From: Nitrospirota bacterium
GTDB taxonomy: Bacteria; Nitrospirota; UBA9217
DNA length: 64,000 nucleotides
Assembly: GCA_963749655.1 (NCBI GenBank)
Contig: CAVVOB010000027.1
Location: 9,542-73,541 of the forward strand
Direction: 5' to 3'
A program made the translations under genes and the position numbers. The notes under the pieces are model-generated. The model did not search any database. It worked only from the letters and a program-made list of their open reading frames with translations, and was not told the origin of the DNA. Position 1 is the stretch's first letter, and each line of letters opens with the position of its first letter. Positions 31,997 through 44,548 of the stretch are shown piece after piece.

Positions 31997-33472
31997 ATGG
32001 CACAACAAGCGGAAGAGCTGCTGATCGCAAAAAACAAAAAAACGGAGGTCGCGGTCCTGCCGAAAATGGCGAACCGCCACGGCCTGATCGCGGGCGCAAC
32101 GGGCACGGGCAAAACGATCACCCTCCGGGTAATGGCCGAGCAATTCAGCAGGATCGGCGTTCCCGTATTCCTGGCCGATGTGAAAGGCGACTTGTCCGGC
32201 ATCGCGAAGCAGGGAGGCGACCGCCCTGAACCGGCTGCGCGGGCGAAGCAGATGGGGCTCGCCGACTTCACCTTCGAAGCCTGTCCGTCCGTGTTCTGGG
32301 ACGTCTTCGGGCTGCAGGGTCATCCAATCCGTACGACCATCTCCGAGATGGGCCCCCTGCTCCTGTCGCGCATTCTGAACCTGAACGAGGTCCAGGCAGG
32401 CGTCCTCACCCTCGTGTTCAAGATCGCCGACGACAACGGCCTTCTGCTGCTGGACCTGAAGGACCTGAAAGCCATGGCGCAGTTCGCCGGCGACAACGCC
32501 GCCAAGTTCAAAACCGAATACGGGAACATCTCTACCGCGAGCATCGGCGCGATCCAGCGCGGGCTCATCGCACTTGAGGAGCAGGGAGGCAGCGCCTTTT
32601 TCGGAGAGCCGGCCCTGGATTTGAACGACTTCCTGCAGACCGACGGAAAGGGCAGGGGCGTCGTCAACATCCTGGCTGCCGACAAGCTGATGCTCGCTCC
32701 CCGGCTTTACGCGACGTTCCTGCTCTGGATGCTGTCCGAGCTCTACGAAACCCTTCCCGAGGTCGGCGATCCCGACAAGCCTAAAATGGTTTTCTTTTTC
32801 GACGAGGCGCATCTGCTGTTCGAAGACGCGCCCAAGGCGCTCGAGGACAAGATCGAACAGGTCGTTCGGCTCATTCGGTCCAAGGGCATCGGCGTCTACT
32901 TCGTGACCCAGAACCCCCTGGATGTTCCCGAAACAGTGCTCGGCCAGCTCGGCAACCGCGTGCAGCATGCACTCCGGGCCTTCACGCCCCGCGACCAGAA
33001 AGCCGTCAAAACAGCGGCAGACACCTTTCGTCCCAACCCGGAATTCGACGCGGCTGCGGCCATTACCGAGCTTGCCGTGGGCGAGGCCCTGGTCTCGGTG
33101 CTCGACGCCAAGGGATCGCCCACGATCGTCGAGCGCGCCCTGGTCTGCCCGCCCCGCAGCCGCCTGGCGCCCCTTTCGGCTGAAGAGCGCAGCGGTATCA
33201 TCAAGGAATCGGTTCTCTTCGGTCATTATGAAAAAGCTGTGGACCGGGAGTCGGCGTACGAAAAACTGAAACGGCGCGCTGTCGAAGAAAAGGCGCAGGA
33301 ACCAGCGGAGCCGCAGGGCCGGGGACGGAGTGAGCCGAAATCCGAGACTGCGGAACTTTTCGGCGCCATGGCCAAGAGCGCGGCCCACGCCATCGGCAGC
33401 CAGATCGGCCGCCAGATCATCCGCGGCGTGCTGGGATCGATCCTCGGAGGCGGCGGAAAGCGGCGGTATTGA
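31997..33472 (+). CDS. DUF853 / YjgR HerA-like ATPase
   Basis: [66 protein letters not shown]. Confidence 0.94.
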   Translation: MAQQAEELLIAKNKKTEVAVLPKMANRHGLIAGATGTGKTITLRVMAEQFSRIGVPVFLADVKGDLSGIAKQGGDRPEPAARAKQMGLADFTFEACPSVFWDVFGLQGHPIRTTISEMGPLLLSRILNLNEVQAGVLTLVFKIADDNGLLLLDLKDLKAMAQFAGDNAAKFKTEYGNISTASIGAIQRGLIALEEQGGSAFFGEPALDLNDFLQTDGKGRGVVNILAADKLMLAPRLYATFLLWMLSELYETLPEVGDPDKPKMVFFFDEAHLLFEDAPKALEDKIEQVVRLIRSKGIGVYFVTQNPLDVPETVLGQLGNRVQHALRAFTPRDQKAVKTAADTFRPNPEFDAAAAITELAVGEALVSVLDAKGSPTIVERALVCPPRSRLAPLSAEERSGIIKESVLFGHYEKAVDRESAYEKLKRRAVEEKAQEPAEPQGRGRSEPKSETAELFGAMAKSAAHAIGSQIGRQIIRGVLGSILGGGGKRRY

Positions 33473-33790
33473 GACCGAAGGTATTGCGGAATAAAGGAAC
33501 AAGGCCAAGACTTTTTAGCCACGAATTGTCACGAATTGACACGAATAGAGCAATGCAACGGCCTGTTCATATTTTTTTCAAAGCTTCAATTCGTGAAAAT
33601 TCGTGTTAATTCGCGGCAGAAACAGGCATTGACCTTCTTTGCGACTTTCCGGTTTTGCGCGAACATCAACGCCCGCACCTGCTTGATCGGAACAAGGTCA
33701 TATGCGCCCTAGTGCATCTCTCTCCTTGACAGCACAACCTTGATTCGCTATATTTTTTACCATCATCATCACATCCTGAAGGAGGTTCTT

Positions 33791-34054
33791 ATGAAGCGCA
33801 TCACCGTGGCAGCAGTAACAGCAGTTGTGGTCGTCATGCTGGTTGCATCAGCAGCTTTCGCCGGGAAGACCTATCAGTTCACCGGCAAGGTCCTGGAAGT
33901 GAAGGACAACGTCATCGTTGTGGACAAGAACGGCGAGAAGTTCGAAATGGCCAAGGACGCCAACACCAAGGTCAAGGGCGACCTCAAGGTAGGCGCAAAG
34001 GTGACGGTGAAGTACGAGTCCCGCGCAGCCGAGATCGAAGTGAAGGGAAAGTAA
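33791..34054 (+). CDS. Small secreted OB-fold-like protein
   Basis: RBS AGGAGG, signal peptide ending AFA, KTYQFTGKVLEV...LKVGAKVTVKY. Confidence 0.8.
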   Translation: MKRITVAAVTAVVVVMLVASAAFAGKTYQFTGKVLEVKDNVIVVDKNGEKFEMAKDANTKVKGDLKVGAKVTVKYESRAAEIEVKGK

Positions 34055-34080
34055 CCAGGCATCCCGTCTCCGTATCAGAC

Positions 34081-34122
34081 AGAACAGCCCCAGGTTTCCA
34101 TGACTCGGGGCTGTTCTTTTTT
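34081..34122 (+). terminator. Intrinsic terminator
   Basis: AGAACAGCCCC...GGGGCTGTTCT followed by a T run. Confidence 0.85.
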
Positions 34123-34471
34123 GCGGCCATCTCCGGTTTTTTCTGCGTCCTCTGCGCCAGCTGCGGTTGAAAAGACTTTAAAAACTTTTATCCACAGATT
34201 TCGCAGATCAACGGAGATGAAGTCAGCTTTCAAGCCGCAACCTGTGCTTTTCATTATCAAAGTCAACGTTGCTGCCAGTCGTGGGATTGGCAACCCCGAC
34301 AGACCTGAGTCAAACAGTAAAGACTGATTCTCGATACAGGCTCTCGATACTTCCTTGCATTTTTCATTCGTTTGTCCTATTCTCACGCAAGCGGTTATAA
34401 ACAATTCGACGCAATGACTTTTCCGGCGAGAGGCCTCGCCCGAAAGGCCCGAGTAAAAGGAGGACAGGACC

Positions 34472-35302
34472 GTGGGAAAATTCTCGAACACCTGGTCTTT
34501 GATGGGCGCATCGTGGGACCTGCTCAAGAAGGACAGGGAAATACTGGTGTTCCCGCTCATCTCGGGCATCTGCTGTCTGGCCGTGCTCGCATCGTTCGCA
34601 GTCCCGATCATCCTGGCCGTCATGCATTCCCATGACGCCGCGACCTCTGTGGAGCCCATCGGCTACGGCATCTTGTTCATGTATTATTTCTGCAGTTACT
34701 TCATCATCACCTTCTTCAACACCGCCATCGTCGCCTGCGCAGCCCATCGGATGAAGGGCAACAATCCGACTGTTTCCTACGGCATGCAGGCCGCGTTCGG
34801 CCGGTTAAACCTCATTTTCGGATGGGCCTTGCTCCAGGCAACCGTGGGTTTGGTCCTTCGCATGATCGAAGACCGCTCGGCGCTTGTGGGGAGGATCGTC
34901 GCCGGGATTCTGGGCATGGCCTGGACCGTCACGAGTTTCCTGGTCGTTCCGGTCCTGGTGGTCGAAAAGATGGGGCCGATCGATGCAATCAAGGCGTCCA
35001 CGGCGCTGCTCCGAAAGACCTGGGGAGAACAGCTGATCGGCAATTGCAGCTTCGGCCTCGTCTTCCTGGTCCTCGCGATTCCCGCGCCCTTTTTCGCGGT
35101 CATTGGGTTCATGAGCAACAGCGGGGTCGGGGCGATCGCCGGCATCATCGCGGCGGCGCTCTATATCGTCGGCCTCGCCTTGATCCAGTCCGCACTCCAG
35201 GCGATCTTCCAGACCGCGCTGTATTTCTATGCCCGGGACAATAAGGCGCCTGAGGGATTCGATAACGTCGCGCTTGCGAATGCAGTGAGGATGAAGGGGT
35301 AA
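34472..35302 (+). CDS. DUF6159-like integral membrane protein
   Basis: About six TM helices; SW.LLKKDREIL.FP, VVPVLVVEK.GPIDAIK.S..LLRKTWGE. Confidence 0.8.
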   Translation: MGKFSNTWSLMGASWDLLKKDREILVFPLISGICCLAVLASFAVPIILAVMHSHDAATSVEPIGYGILFMYYFCSYFIITFFNTAIVACAAHRMKGNNPTVSYGMQAAFGRLNLIFGWALLQATVGLVLRMIEDRSALVGRIVAGILGMAWTVTSFLVVPVLVVEKMGPIDAIKASTALLRKTWGEQLIGNCSFGLVFLVLAIPAPFFAVIGFMSNSGVGAIAGIIAAALYIVGLALIQSALQAIFQTALYFYARDNKAPEGFDNVALANAVRMKG

Positions 35303-35438
35303 GAGTCGGTTGGAGGTGGTGAAGGGTACCTGAGCCTAAGATGCTTTGAGGGAGAATGTCAAGTCGCAAGACCTGCCCCTAAGATGTTCCCGGAGTCTGC
35401 TCGTCACTTTACGACGGCAAGAGAAAAGGAAGCGTACA

Positions 35439-38360
35439 ATGATTACTATCCCTCCTAAATTAGCAAACCTTCTTTATGGGCTGACTGACGATATTTCAGC
35501 TTCGGTTGGTAGTGCCTCTGCAACAGTAAGCCCAATTCTTGAACGAAATGAAGCGCCCTTCTTCTCGGACTACACAGACCATGGCGTTAAACATATAGAA
35601 AGCGTGTTGAAAACGTGTGAATTGTTGATTGGCGAAGAAGGCTGGTCAGTATTTACGCGAGAAGATGCGGCGGTGCTGATGCTAGCTACGATGGCACACG
35701 ATCTCGGAATGCTAATAAGCGTTGATGGTTTTCGACACTTGGTTAATGGTACCAGAAAAGTGGAATCTTCTATCGAAGCAAATGATGAGCCATGGCACAA
35801 GCTGTGGCGAGAGTTCCAATTGGATGCTCGTCGATTTGACGGAGCCACATTCATACAGCTTACTGGCTCACCAGAACCTGTGACTTTGAAGGAATTAGAC
35901 CCCGTTCACTTTAGTGAGCGAGGGATAAGAATCGCTGGAGAGTTTTTGAGGCGCCACCACCATCGTCTAGCGCATGAGATCGTTTTGTTTGGCATGCCTG
36001 CTGAAAATGATATGGTACAGTTATTTGACAATGTGACGCAGCATCTAAGGGACTTGGCTGGCCTTGTTGCGAGAAGTCATGGCATTCCTATACGCGACTG
36101 TCTTGAATATTTGCTTAAAAGAGACCGTAACGGTCATCGTGAGTATCGTCATATACACCCAACATTCCTGATGGCTCTCGTACGTCTCGCAGACTATCTC
36201 GATCTTGATATTGGCCGTGCACCTGCCTCAATACTTGCAGCGAAATCACTGAAAAGCCCGATATCACGTCGAGAATGGTGGTCTCACATGGCAATTGTTG
36301 ATTGTCATTCAATGACAGACGATCCAGAATGTCTTCATGTTGTTGTTGATTCCACAGTACTGCCCGATGTGATGACATTCTCCGTAATAGAGGCAAAGAT
36401 AACAGGAATACAGCATGAGTTGGACGCCTGCTGGGCCGTGCTTGGAGAGGTATATGGCCGTTTTCCACCGCTAAATCGCTTATCACTCAAAATTAGAAGA
36501 ATACGATCAGATATCAGAGAAGAGCTTACTCTTCTTAAATTGCCTTTTGTTCCGCATGTAGCATCACTTGAGTCTGCTAGAGCCGATCTCTTGAAATTGC
36601 TTATTGCACCTCTTTACGGTGATCACCCAGGCATCGGTATCCGTGAGCTCATTCAAAACGCACTAGACGCCGTGAGAGAACTTGAATATATTCTTTCCCA
36701 CGAAACGATTGAAAACGTCGAACGTGCTGAGCTAGATGGTGATGTTACTGTTTCTTTCGAAAAGGATGATAAAGGCGAAGACTGGGTAACGATTGCGGAC
36801 CGCGGAATAGGGATGAGCTGGCTGACAGTATGTAAGTATTATCTAACTGCTGGTGCTTCATTCCGGCAATCCGATGTGTGGAAAAAGAAATTTGCAAATG
36901 ATGAGGGGGCGAGCAAGGTCTTGCGTTCTGGACGTTTTGGAATCGGCGTACTCGCGGCTTTTCTATTGGGCGACCGTGTAAAAGTATCTTCTCGTCACTT
37001 GGAACAACCTGAAGACCGCGGCATTGAGTTTGAATTTGGATTGGATGATGTCTCTATTGAGATGAGGTGGGTAAAACGTAAAGTTGGAACAACCGTAAAA
37101 ATTAGAACATCTCAAAAAGTTATTGATGTTTTTGAAAAAGCAATATATTGGCAGCACGATACACTTAATACATGGGACTGGTATTGTTTAGCCAAGCCGG
37201 TGCTTATCAGGCGTAGCGTAAAGGGAAGCATATTGAGGCAGAAGTATAACTTACCCGTAGCAGAAGATGAATTGCCAGATCCTTGGCATCGATTACAAGT
37301 GCCAGAATTCCAAGCTATTCATTGGTCATATCGAGCTAACGTCCCAGACCTTGTATGTAATGGTATATTAGTCCCAAACGGTTCTGTAGATATTGAGGAG
37401 CAATTCAACCCAGTTCAAAAATATGGCAATTCTGGATCTAACTTACTTCTGTCCGATCCGCATGTTTCAGTTTTTGATCCGGATGGCCGGCTACCTCTTT
37501 CTTTAGCCCGTGATCGATTGTCCTACACGCCAAGCGATATTGCAACTGCACTTGCTGATGATATCTGCAGAAATTTCATTGCATTTTGCCTTATTAAAGG
37601 TCCTAAAGCTAGGTTGCTAGCAAGAGATGAGTCCTCTCCATATCGAATTGTCTATCCAGGGATGAGCCATTATGGTTCTCTTTTGAGTTGGTTTTTCGAT
37701 ACCCCAAATGGGTTCGGTCTTATCGACCCGTGGAACATCTCTCATTTTACATCCGCACCAGGTCTGATAATTCGAGCTGCGGCTGGCAACTTAAAGATGC
37801 CGCCATCAGCAGTGGGTATTGACACTTCAATCTATGGTTCTATGTACAATTCACCATCTGATGGCAATCTGACAAACTTTGACACTTGGATTAGACGTCT
37901 CGTTCTCTATGACAGAGACGAATGTTTTTCAGCCTTTAAAGGTCTAAAGATAAGAGGACTTCGCATTTTAACGCCGAAAAATTGGTATAAAAGATTTGTT
38001 AAAAAACAAAGAAGGTTCGTTGTAGACTTATCAACTGTTAGGCTGGAAAAAAACGATTGGGTCATATGGACCGTAGGAGATTGTCCGGAAAAGGACAATT
38101 TATTAGTTTCTCTGGCTTCGGATTCCCAAGCAAATAATACATCATTTGAATGTGTGGCAGAGTGTTACTTCTCTCCGTTTTCTGAAAATATTAAGCCAGG
38201 CCGTATCGCGCAGCTATGGCGAGATGCTATTGGAAGCCCTGTTATTCCCTTTGACAAAAATGAACGCCAGCAAATCATAGCAAAACTAAATAAGCAATTT
38301 AATCGTCACGTAGTGGAGTGGACAAATAGTGAGACAACAAAGAAGAAACGAACCACATGA
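35439..38360 (+). CDS. HD (HD-CE-like) domain + Hsp90-like GHKL ATPase protein, probable conflict/defence effector
   Basis: YTDHGVKH, AHDLGM, FLRRHHHR, RLADYLD; GHKL boxes IRELIQNALDA, DRGIGM, GRFGIG, GTTV; clearly AT-richer than flanks. Confidence 0.85.
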   Translation: MITIPPKLANLLYGLTDDISASVGSASATVSPILERNEAPFFSDYTDHGVKHIESVLKTCELLIGEEGWSVFTREDAAVLMLATMAHDLGMLISVDGFRHLVNGTRKVESSIEANDEPWHKLWREFQLDARRFDGATFIQLTGSPEPVTLKELDPVHFSERGIRIAGEFLRRHHHRLAHEIVLFGMPAENDMVQLFDNVTQHLRDLAGLVARSHGIPIRDCLEYLLKRDRNGHREYRHIHPTFLMALVRLADYLDLDIGRAPASILAAKSLKSPISRREWWSHMAIVDCHSMTDDPECLHVVVDSTVLPDVMTFSVIEAKITGIQHELDACWAVLGEVYGRFPPLNRLSLKIRRIRSDIREELTLLKLPFVPHVASLESARADLLKLLIAPLYGDHPGIGIRELIQNALDAVRELEYILSHETIENVERAELDGDVTVSFEKDDKGEDWVTIADRGIGMSWLTVCKYYLTAGASFRQSDVWKKKFANDEGASKVLRSGRFGIGVLAAFLLGDRVKVSSRHLEQPEDRGIEFEFGLDDVSIEMRWVKRKVGTTVKIRTSQKVIDVFEKAIYWQHDTLNTWDWYCLAKPVLIRRSVKGSILRQKYNLPVAEDELPDPWHRLQVPEFQAIHWSYRANVPDLVCNGILVPNGSVDIEEQFNPVQKYGNSGSNLLLSDPHVSVFDPDGRLPLSLARDRLSYTPSDIATALADDICRNFIAFCLIKGPKARLLARDESSPYRIVYPGMSHYGSLLSWFFDTPNGFGLIDPWNISHFTSAPGLIIRAAAGNLKMPPSAVGIDTSIYGSMYNSPSDGNLTNFDTWIRRLVLYDRDECFSAFKGLKIRGLRILTPKNWYKRFVKKQRRFVVDLSTVRLEKNDWVIWTVGDCPEKDNLLVSLASDSQANNTSFECVAECYFSPFSENIKPGRIAQLWRDAIGSPVIPFDKNERQQIIAKLNKQFNRHVVEWTNSETTKKKRTT

Positions 38361-38417
38361 TACAAAACTTCGGGAGGGGGCATCTAGGGTCAGGTCCATA
38401 CTGTTGTAGCCGTCGGG

Positions 38418-38662
38418 GTAGAGTAGAGAGCTGGCCACACGACCAGCCCTCCCTCATCAAACCGTGCATGCGGTTTTCCCGCACACGGCTTTCCGATGTT
38501 CTTCACCGCGAGGCATGCGCCTGAGTCCAACCCGCTGTCGTCGGCACTTTGTAGAGCCCGTACTTTTCGTACAGTGACCTGCTGCTGAACCGAGTAAACG
38601 CTGTTGCCCTGTTTTTGATCTTATGCCGCCTTCGCAGATGGGTTTGGAGTCGCCCTTCTATA
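38418..38662 (-). mobile_element. 5'-truncated group II intron (IIC-like): IEP C-terminus plus domains V and VI
   Basis: Minus strand GGAAAGCCGTGTGCGGGAAAACCGCATGCACGGTTTGATGAGGG (DV), then ...CTCTACTCTAC (DVI/3' end); preceded by IEGRLQTHLRRRHKIK...LYEKYGLYKVPTTAGWTQAHASR*. Confidence 0.92.
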
Positions 38663-39225
38663 TAGCCGTCGGGGGTCAGACATAAGAAACTAAGATATCT
38701 TCAAAAACACCCCGGACCTTGTCTCCCACACTCGCAATAATGTCGCCACCTTTTGCGGCTATTGTATCCGAGTCCATTGGTCAAATTTAAGAAATAAAAT
38801 ATTTACTGTCAAAATATGCTGGTGCTAGGAAAGAAAAGCTATCGTGGCTATAGGCGGGCTATCGTGATGTGGCGTAGATTTATTAAATGAAACTAAATGT
38901 TTTTTTCAATCAACTCGTCGGGGTATTTTGGGGTATTGACGAAATGGCATAGAGCAGAGTGCTTAGTACTAAGTTTTGAGTTCTTAGTTCACAGCTCAAA
39001 GTTCAGAGTGAATACAAACTGATAGTTCTTAATTCTGAGTTCTAAGTTTCTCGTTTTTTAGTTCAAGTTCAGGGCACAGAGTCGTCCGTCCGTACCCTGA
39101 CTTTGCCCTTTTCCGCCCATTTTTTACCATTGCCTCAGACCGCGCCAGTATGCTATATTCGTATCCCTGCGATCGGACGCCTTCCGCAGGCCCCAACAAC
39201 CCGAATTCAGTGCCTATCGAGGTAG

Positions 39226-40573
<1,348 letters not shown>

Positions 40574-40581
<8 letters not shown>

Positions 40582-41789
40582 GAAGACCGTCGAACGCAAA
40601 GAACTGGAACCCCGCCACCCTCGCCATCCACGGCCTGGGGCGGCTGCCCAAGGCGCACCATGCCGGTCTCGACGCCGATCATGCACACCTCCAACTACTA
40701 TTTCGACACTGCCGACGAGGTCGAGGATTTCATGCGCGCCAAGGGCCAGGGCAAGGTGATCCGCGAGCACGAGTACGCCCGCTACGGCAACCCGACCCAG
40801 CAGGAGACGGAGCGCAAGCTCGCCGCGATCGAAGGGGCCGAGCAAGCCGTGCTCTACTCCTCGGGCATGGCAGCGGTGCTGCTCGACGATCATGACCTTC
40901 ATGAAGCCCAAGGCGGCCACATCATCTTCACCGGCGACTGCTACCGCCAGACGCGCGACTTCGCCACGAACTTCCTCGGGAAGTTCGGCATGGAGCATTC
41001 CATCGTGGACCCCACGGCCGAGGCCATCGAGAAGGCGATCAAGCCGAACACGAACATCATCTTCACCGAGTCGCCCACGAACCCCTATCTGCGCGTGCTC
41101 GACATCCCGGCGATCGTGAAGGTGGCCAAGGCCAAGCAAGATCCTGACCATCATCGACGCCACGCTGGCCACGCCGTACAACATCAAGCCCATCGAGACT
41201 GGGCGTGGACATCGTGCTCCACTCGGCCACCAAGTACCAGGGCGGCCACAACGACCTCATGGCAGGCGTGGCCCTCGGCTCCGCGGCCCTCATGACCGAC
41301 TGCTACAAGATGCAGCGCATGATGGGCGCGACCCCGGGCCCGCTCACCTGCTTCCTGCTGGAGCGGGGACTCAAGACCTTCGGCATGCGCATGGAGCACC
41401 ACAACAAGGCCGGACTCGCCATTGCCCAGATGCTGGAGGCCCATCCCAAGATCGAGAAGGTCTGGTACCCGGCGCTCAAGTCGCACCCGGACCACAAGCT
41501 CGCCATGGAGCAGATGAAAGGCTTCGGCAGCGTCATCAGCTTCCTGGTCAAGGGCGGCAACAAGGAGACGCGGAAGTTCATCGACGCGCTTGAACTTTTC
41601 CTGATCACGCCGAGCCTCGGCGGCAGCGAGAGCCTGGTCACGCAGATGTGGGCCATGTCGTTCTTCGACTATCCCGAGCAGTTCCGCAAGGACATCGGCA
41701 TGGTGGACAACCTGGTCCGGCTCGCCCTGGGTCTCGAGGACATCGACGACCTGATCGCCGACCTGAAGCAGGCCCTGGACCAGATCTGA
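40574..41789 (+). CDS. metB: Cystathionine gamma-synthase family PLP enzyme (several frameshifts)
   Basis: YARYGNPT, YSSGMAA, ESPTNP, HSATKYQGGHND, SLGGSESL, VRLALGLED split across frames. Confidence 0.85.
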
Positions 41790-42304
41790 TGGGCCGCACC
41801 TGCACCTGGTGCAACGCCGAGATCGATCTGCCCGATTCGGGCCGGCACGCCGGCAGGAGCATGACCGAAGCGCTCTGCACCGAGTGCTCCGAGCATTTCG
41901 TATTCCAGATGGGTGTGCCGCTCCAGTCTTTCCTGGACAGCCTCCCTGCTCCGATCTTCGTCGTCGACGACGACGTGGTGGTAAAGGCTGCGAACAATCT
42001 CGGCTACGAACTCCTCAAAAAAGGGCCGGACCAGATCCGGAACAGACTGGGCGGCGTGGTGTTCGAGTGCGCCTATGCGCGCCTGCCTGAAGGCTGCGGA
42101 AGGACGATCCACTGCTCCGCCTGCGCCATCCGGCGCTCGGTCTATTACACTTTCGAGAGCGGCAAGAGCCTGATCGAGGTGCCGGCGACCCTCAAGTGGC
42201 ACGACCGGAAGATAGACCAGGAGATCGGGATGTTCATCTCCACGGAAAAGATGGGGAACGTGGTCCTGCTCAGGATCGACCGCGTCGAAGGACCGAAGCG
42301 GTGA
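41789..42304 (+). CDS. Cys-rich PAS-like domain protein
   Basis: ATG overlaps the metB stop (TGATG); CTWC...CTEC, FLDSLPAPIFVVD...AAN, ECAYARLPEGCG.T.HCSACAIR. Confidence 0.75.
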   Translation: MGRTCTWCNAEIDLPDSGRHAGRSMTEALCTECSEHFVFQMGVPLQSFLDSLPAPIFVVDDDVVVKAANNLGYELLKKGPDQIRNRLGGVVFECAYARLPEGCGRTIHCSACAIRRSVYYTFESGKSLIEVPATLKWHDRKIDQEIGMFISTEKMGNVVLLRIDRVEGPKR

Positions 42305-42339
42305 TTCCCGGACATCAAAGTGCGAGGACGCTATTTTTT

Positions 42340-42368
42340 TCATCATTCCTGCGAAGGCAGGAATCCAG
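42340..42368. repeat. CGTC-type REP palindrome (second copy at 42708-42735)
   Basis: TCATTCCTGCGAAGGCAGGAATCCAG occurs on both sides of the S4 gene; related copy at ~18936-18963. Confidence 0.85.
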
Positions 42369-42468
42369 AGGATTTTTCATTTTCTGCCTCCCTTTCGCGG
42401 AAGACAATTCATATCCTTATCTTAGGGCCTTCACACAAGCGCGTAGCAACTGACATTATTATAATTAC

Positions 42469-42681
42469 ATGAACGAGTTCAAACTGAATAACAGTGAATT
42501 TATCGAGCTGAACAGCCTTTTGAAAATCATGGGGCTCTGCGATACCGGCGGCATGGCGAATGTGGCAATAACAGAGGGCCTCGTCAAAGTCAACGGCGCG
42601 GTAGAACTGCGCAAGCGGTGCAAGATCCGCGCGGGACAGGTCGTCGAGTATGGAGACCGGAAGATTACCGTTATTCGCTAG
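42469..42681 (+). CDS. S4-domain RNA-binding protein (YbcJ/YaaA family)
   Basis: FIELNSLLK..GLCDTGG.A...I.EG.VKVNG.VELRKRCKIR.G. Confidence 0.9.
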   Translation: MNEFKLNNSEFIELNSLLKIMGLCDTGGMANVAITEGLVKVNGAVELRKRCKIRAGQVVEYGDRKITVIR

Positions 42682-42781
42682 GTCTGTTATGAGTATTGCT
42701 TTATAACCGTCATTCCTGCGAAGGCAGGAATCCAGCGGCTTGCTACCGTAGAAAGCTTCACAACCTCATTACTGCCAGATC

Positions 42782-42997
42782 ATGGAACCTGACAAAACCG
42801 AAAAAAGAATACGCTTTGGCTGCGGGTTCACGTTCGGACTGGTGGCAGGCTTTTTCTCCACAGCGCAATATGTCTATAGTTCTGTCGGCGGGCTTGCCGC
42901 GGGAACATTTGTCACCGCTGTCGCGTGCGGGCTGCTTGCCCTGAGATATGGCGATCGGTTTTGGGAAAACCTGCAAAAGTGGCACTTGTGGTGGTGA
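42782..42997 (+). CDS. Small membrane protein
   Basis: RIRFGCGF.FG, two TMs, CGLLALRYGDRFW. Confidence 0.7.
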   Translation: MEPDKTEKRIRFGCGFTFGLVAGFFSTAQYVYSSVGGLAAGTFVTAVACGLLALRYGDRFWENLQKWHLWW

Positions 42998-43878
42998 AAG
43001 ATTCTTGATTCCTTCCTGAAGTCTGCACTGAGTGGAATCGAGCGTTTAATGCAGATTACATTTCGTTATTGTCACTGGTGTCTATGCGCTGCATTCCCAT
43101 TCCTGACTCAAAACTAAAAACTCAAACTCGGAACTCGAAACGGAAAGAATTCGTCTGCCCCATCAATACCCCGTCGAAATCATTGACATTCATATTCATT
43201 TATCCTACTGTACAACACAGAGGAAGATACTCTGAACTCCGGTCTTGAACTGTTAGTGTTGGGGAGAACATCTCGGAAGTTTTCCCATCTTGCCGAAAAT
43301 CTTCCCGGCCATTCCTCAATAAATAATGAGAAAGCATTTTGAGAACCAACGTCTGAAAAAGTATCGAAAGGGTCTCGGGATAACAATATCTTAATTTCTG
43401 ATGTCTGACCCCGAACGCTCTCGCAACTGCTGGTGCAAGGGGGACATCACGGACGTTTCCCCATATCGCTGAAAATCTCCCTCTCTTTTTCTTTTTAAAG
43501 TATCAGAGGAAAACACGCGTAGAAACAACCTTCCTTTGAGGTCTAGGGACCTCCATCATTATATATTCTTCCGCTGGTCTTCCCGCAACGACGCTGAAAC
43601 AGATTTCCATTCCAAAACCGTCTTTAATTGCTTCGAAATGTCATCCGGAACGGGCTGCATTGATTGATCCCACCAGAAAGGTTATTCCATATTGGAATAT
43701 TATTTCCCTTTTTCAGATAATCCGTGAAATGAATATTCTCCGTTCGACGAGATTCTTGTGTAATCAATCAGATATGTCAAATGTATTCCCAAAATAATTG
43801 ACCATAGACACGATCTATGTTACTGTATTTTCGAACCGATACTATCTGGTTAATCCTGAAAATTGAGAGAATATAAGT

Positions 43879-44548
43879 ATGCTGTTGCATGAAAAATCTG
43901 GTTTTGAGCGAAATATACGAAGTATCCTGTGTATCGTGCTATTGACTCTGGTATCTTCGTGTGCAGCAAGAATTCCCACGAACTACACAGGAGCAGATGT
44001 AGGTTATGCTGTCATTGGTATTGGAGCAAAAATCGCATACGAATTATGACAGTTACAAACTTCTATTTCGGCTGGTTGGTGAGAAGCGTATGGGCCTGTT
44101 TCGTTATTATCCGGATTTTCCACTGTCGTTAAAAAATCTTTTTCGGAATATCAAAGGCTACAAATCTGCTGACGAGGCTGGGATAGTTGAAATTGCTGCA
44201 CTGCCCGCCGGACAGTACGCGTTAGTGAATTTTTTTGTCACTGATTTAATACCGCTTATGGTTTATGGGTCTCCTCAAGACTTCTCAATTCCGTTCGAGA
44301 TAAAACCGGGGCAGGTCGTCTATCTGGGGAACTATCAAGCGAATCGAATAAGAAAGACTAACTTTCATGGGCCGGCTAAAAGCGGTGCATTTTTTATTGT
44401 AGAGGATCGATCTGCGAAGGATTTGGCGATTGCAAAAACGATAGTGACGTCGTTGCCCACCGAGAATGCGTGGGATGCGACGCCCGAAGTTAAACAAGTC
44501 AACAACCCTTTCTTAATTTCGTCGGAGCAAACCGGGACTTCACATTGA
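43879..44548 (+). pseudogene. AT-rich lipoprotein with a +1 frameshift in the A5 run at 44028-44032 (pseudogene or sequencing error)
   Basis: MLLHEK...ILCIVLLTLVSSC lipobox joins ORF 44006-44548 (LPAGQYALVNF...SIPFEIKPGQVVYLG) if one A is removed. Confidence 0.7.

Noticed and set aside
31877-33508. Long antisense ORFs (e.g. 31877-33508, 13203-14360, 17501-18643, 48529-49626) and the alternate-frame ORF 55714-56958
   Set aside because: Shadow frames of GC-rich genes, with no recognisable motifs.
38299-38484. 61-aa ORF MRENRMHGLMREG
   Set aside because: Spurious translation of group II intron domain V.
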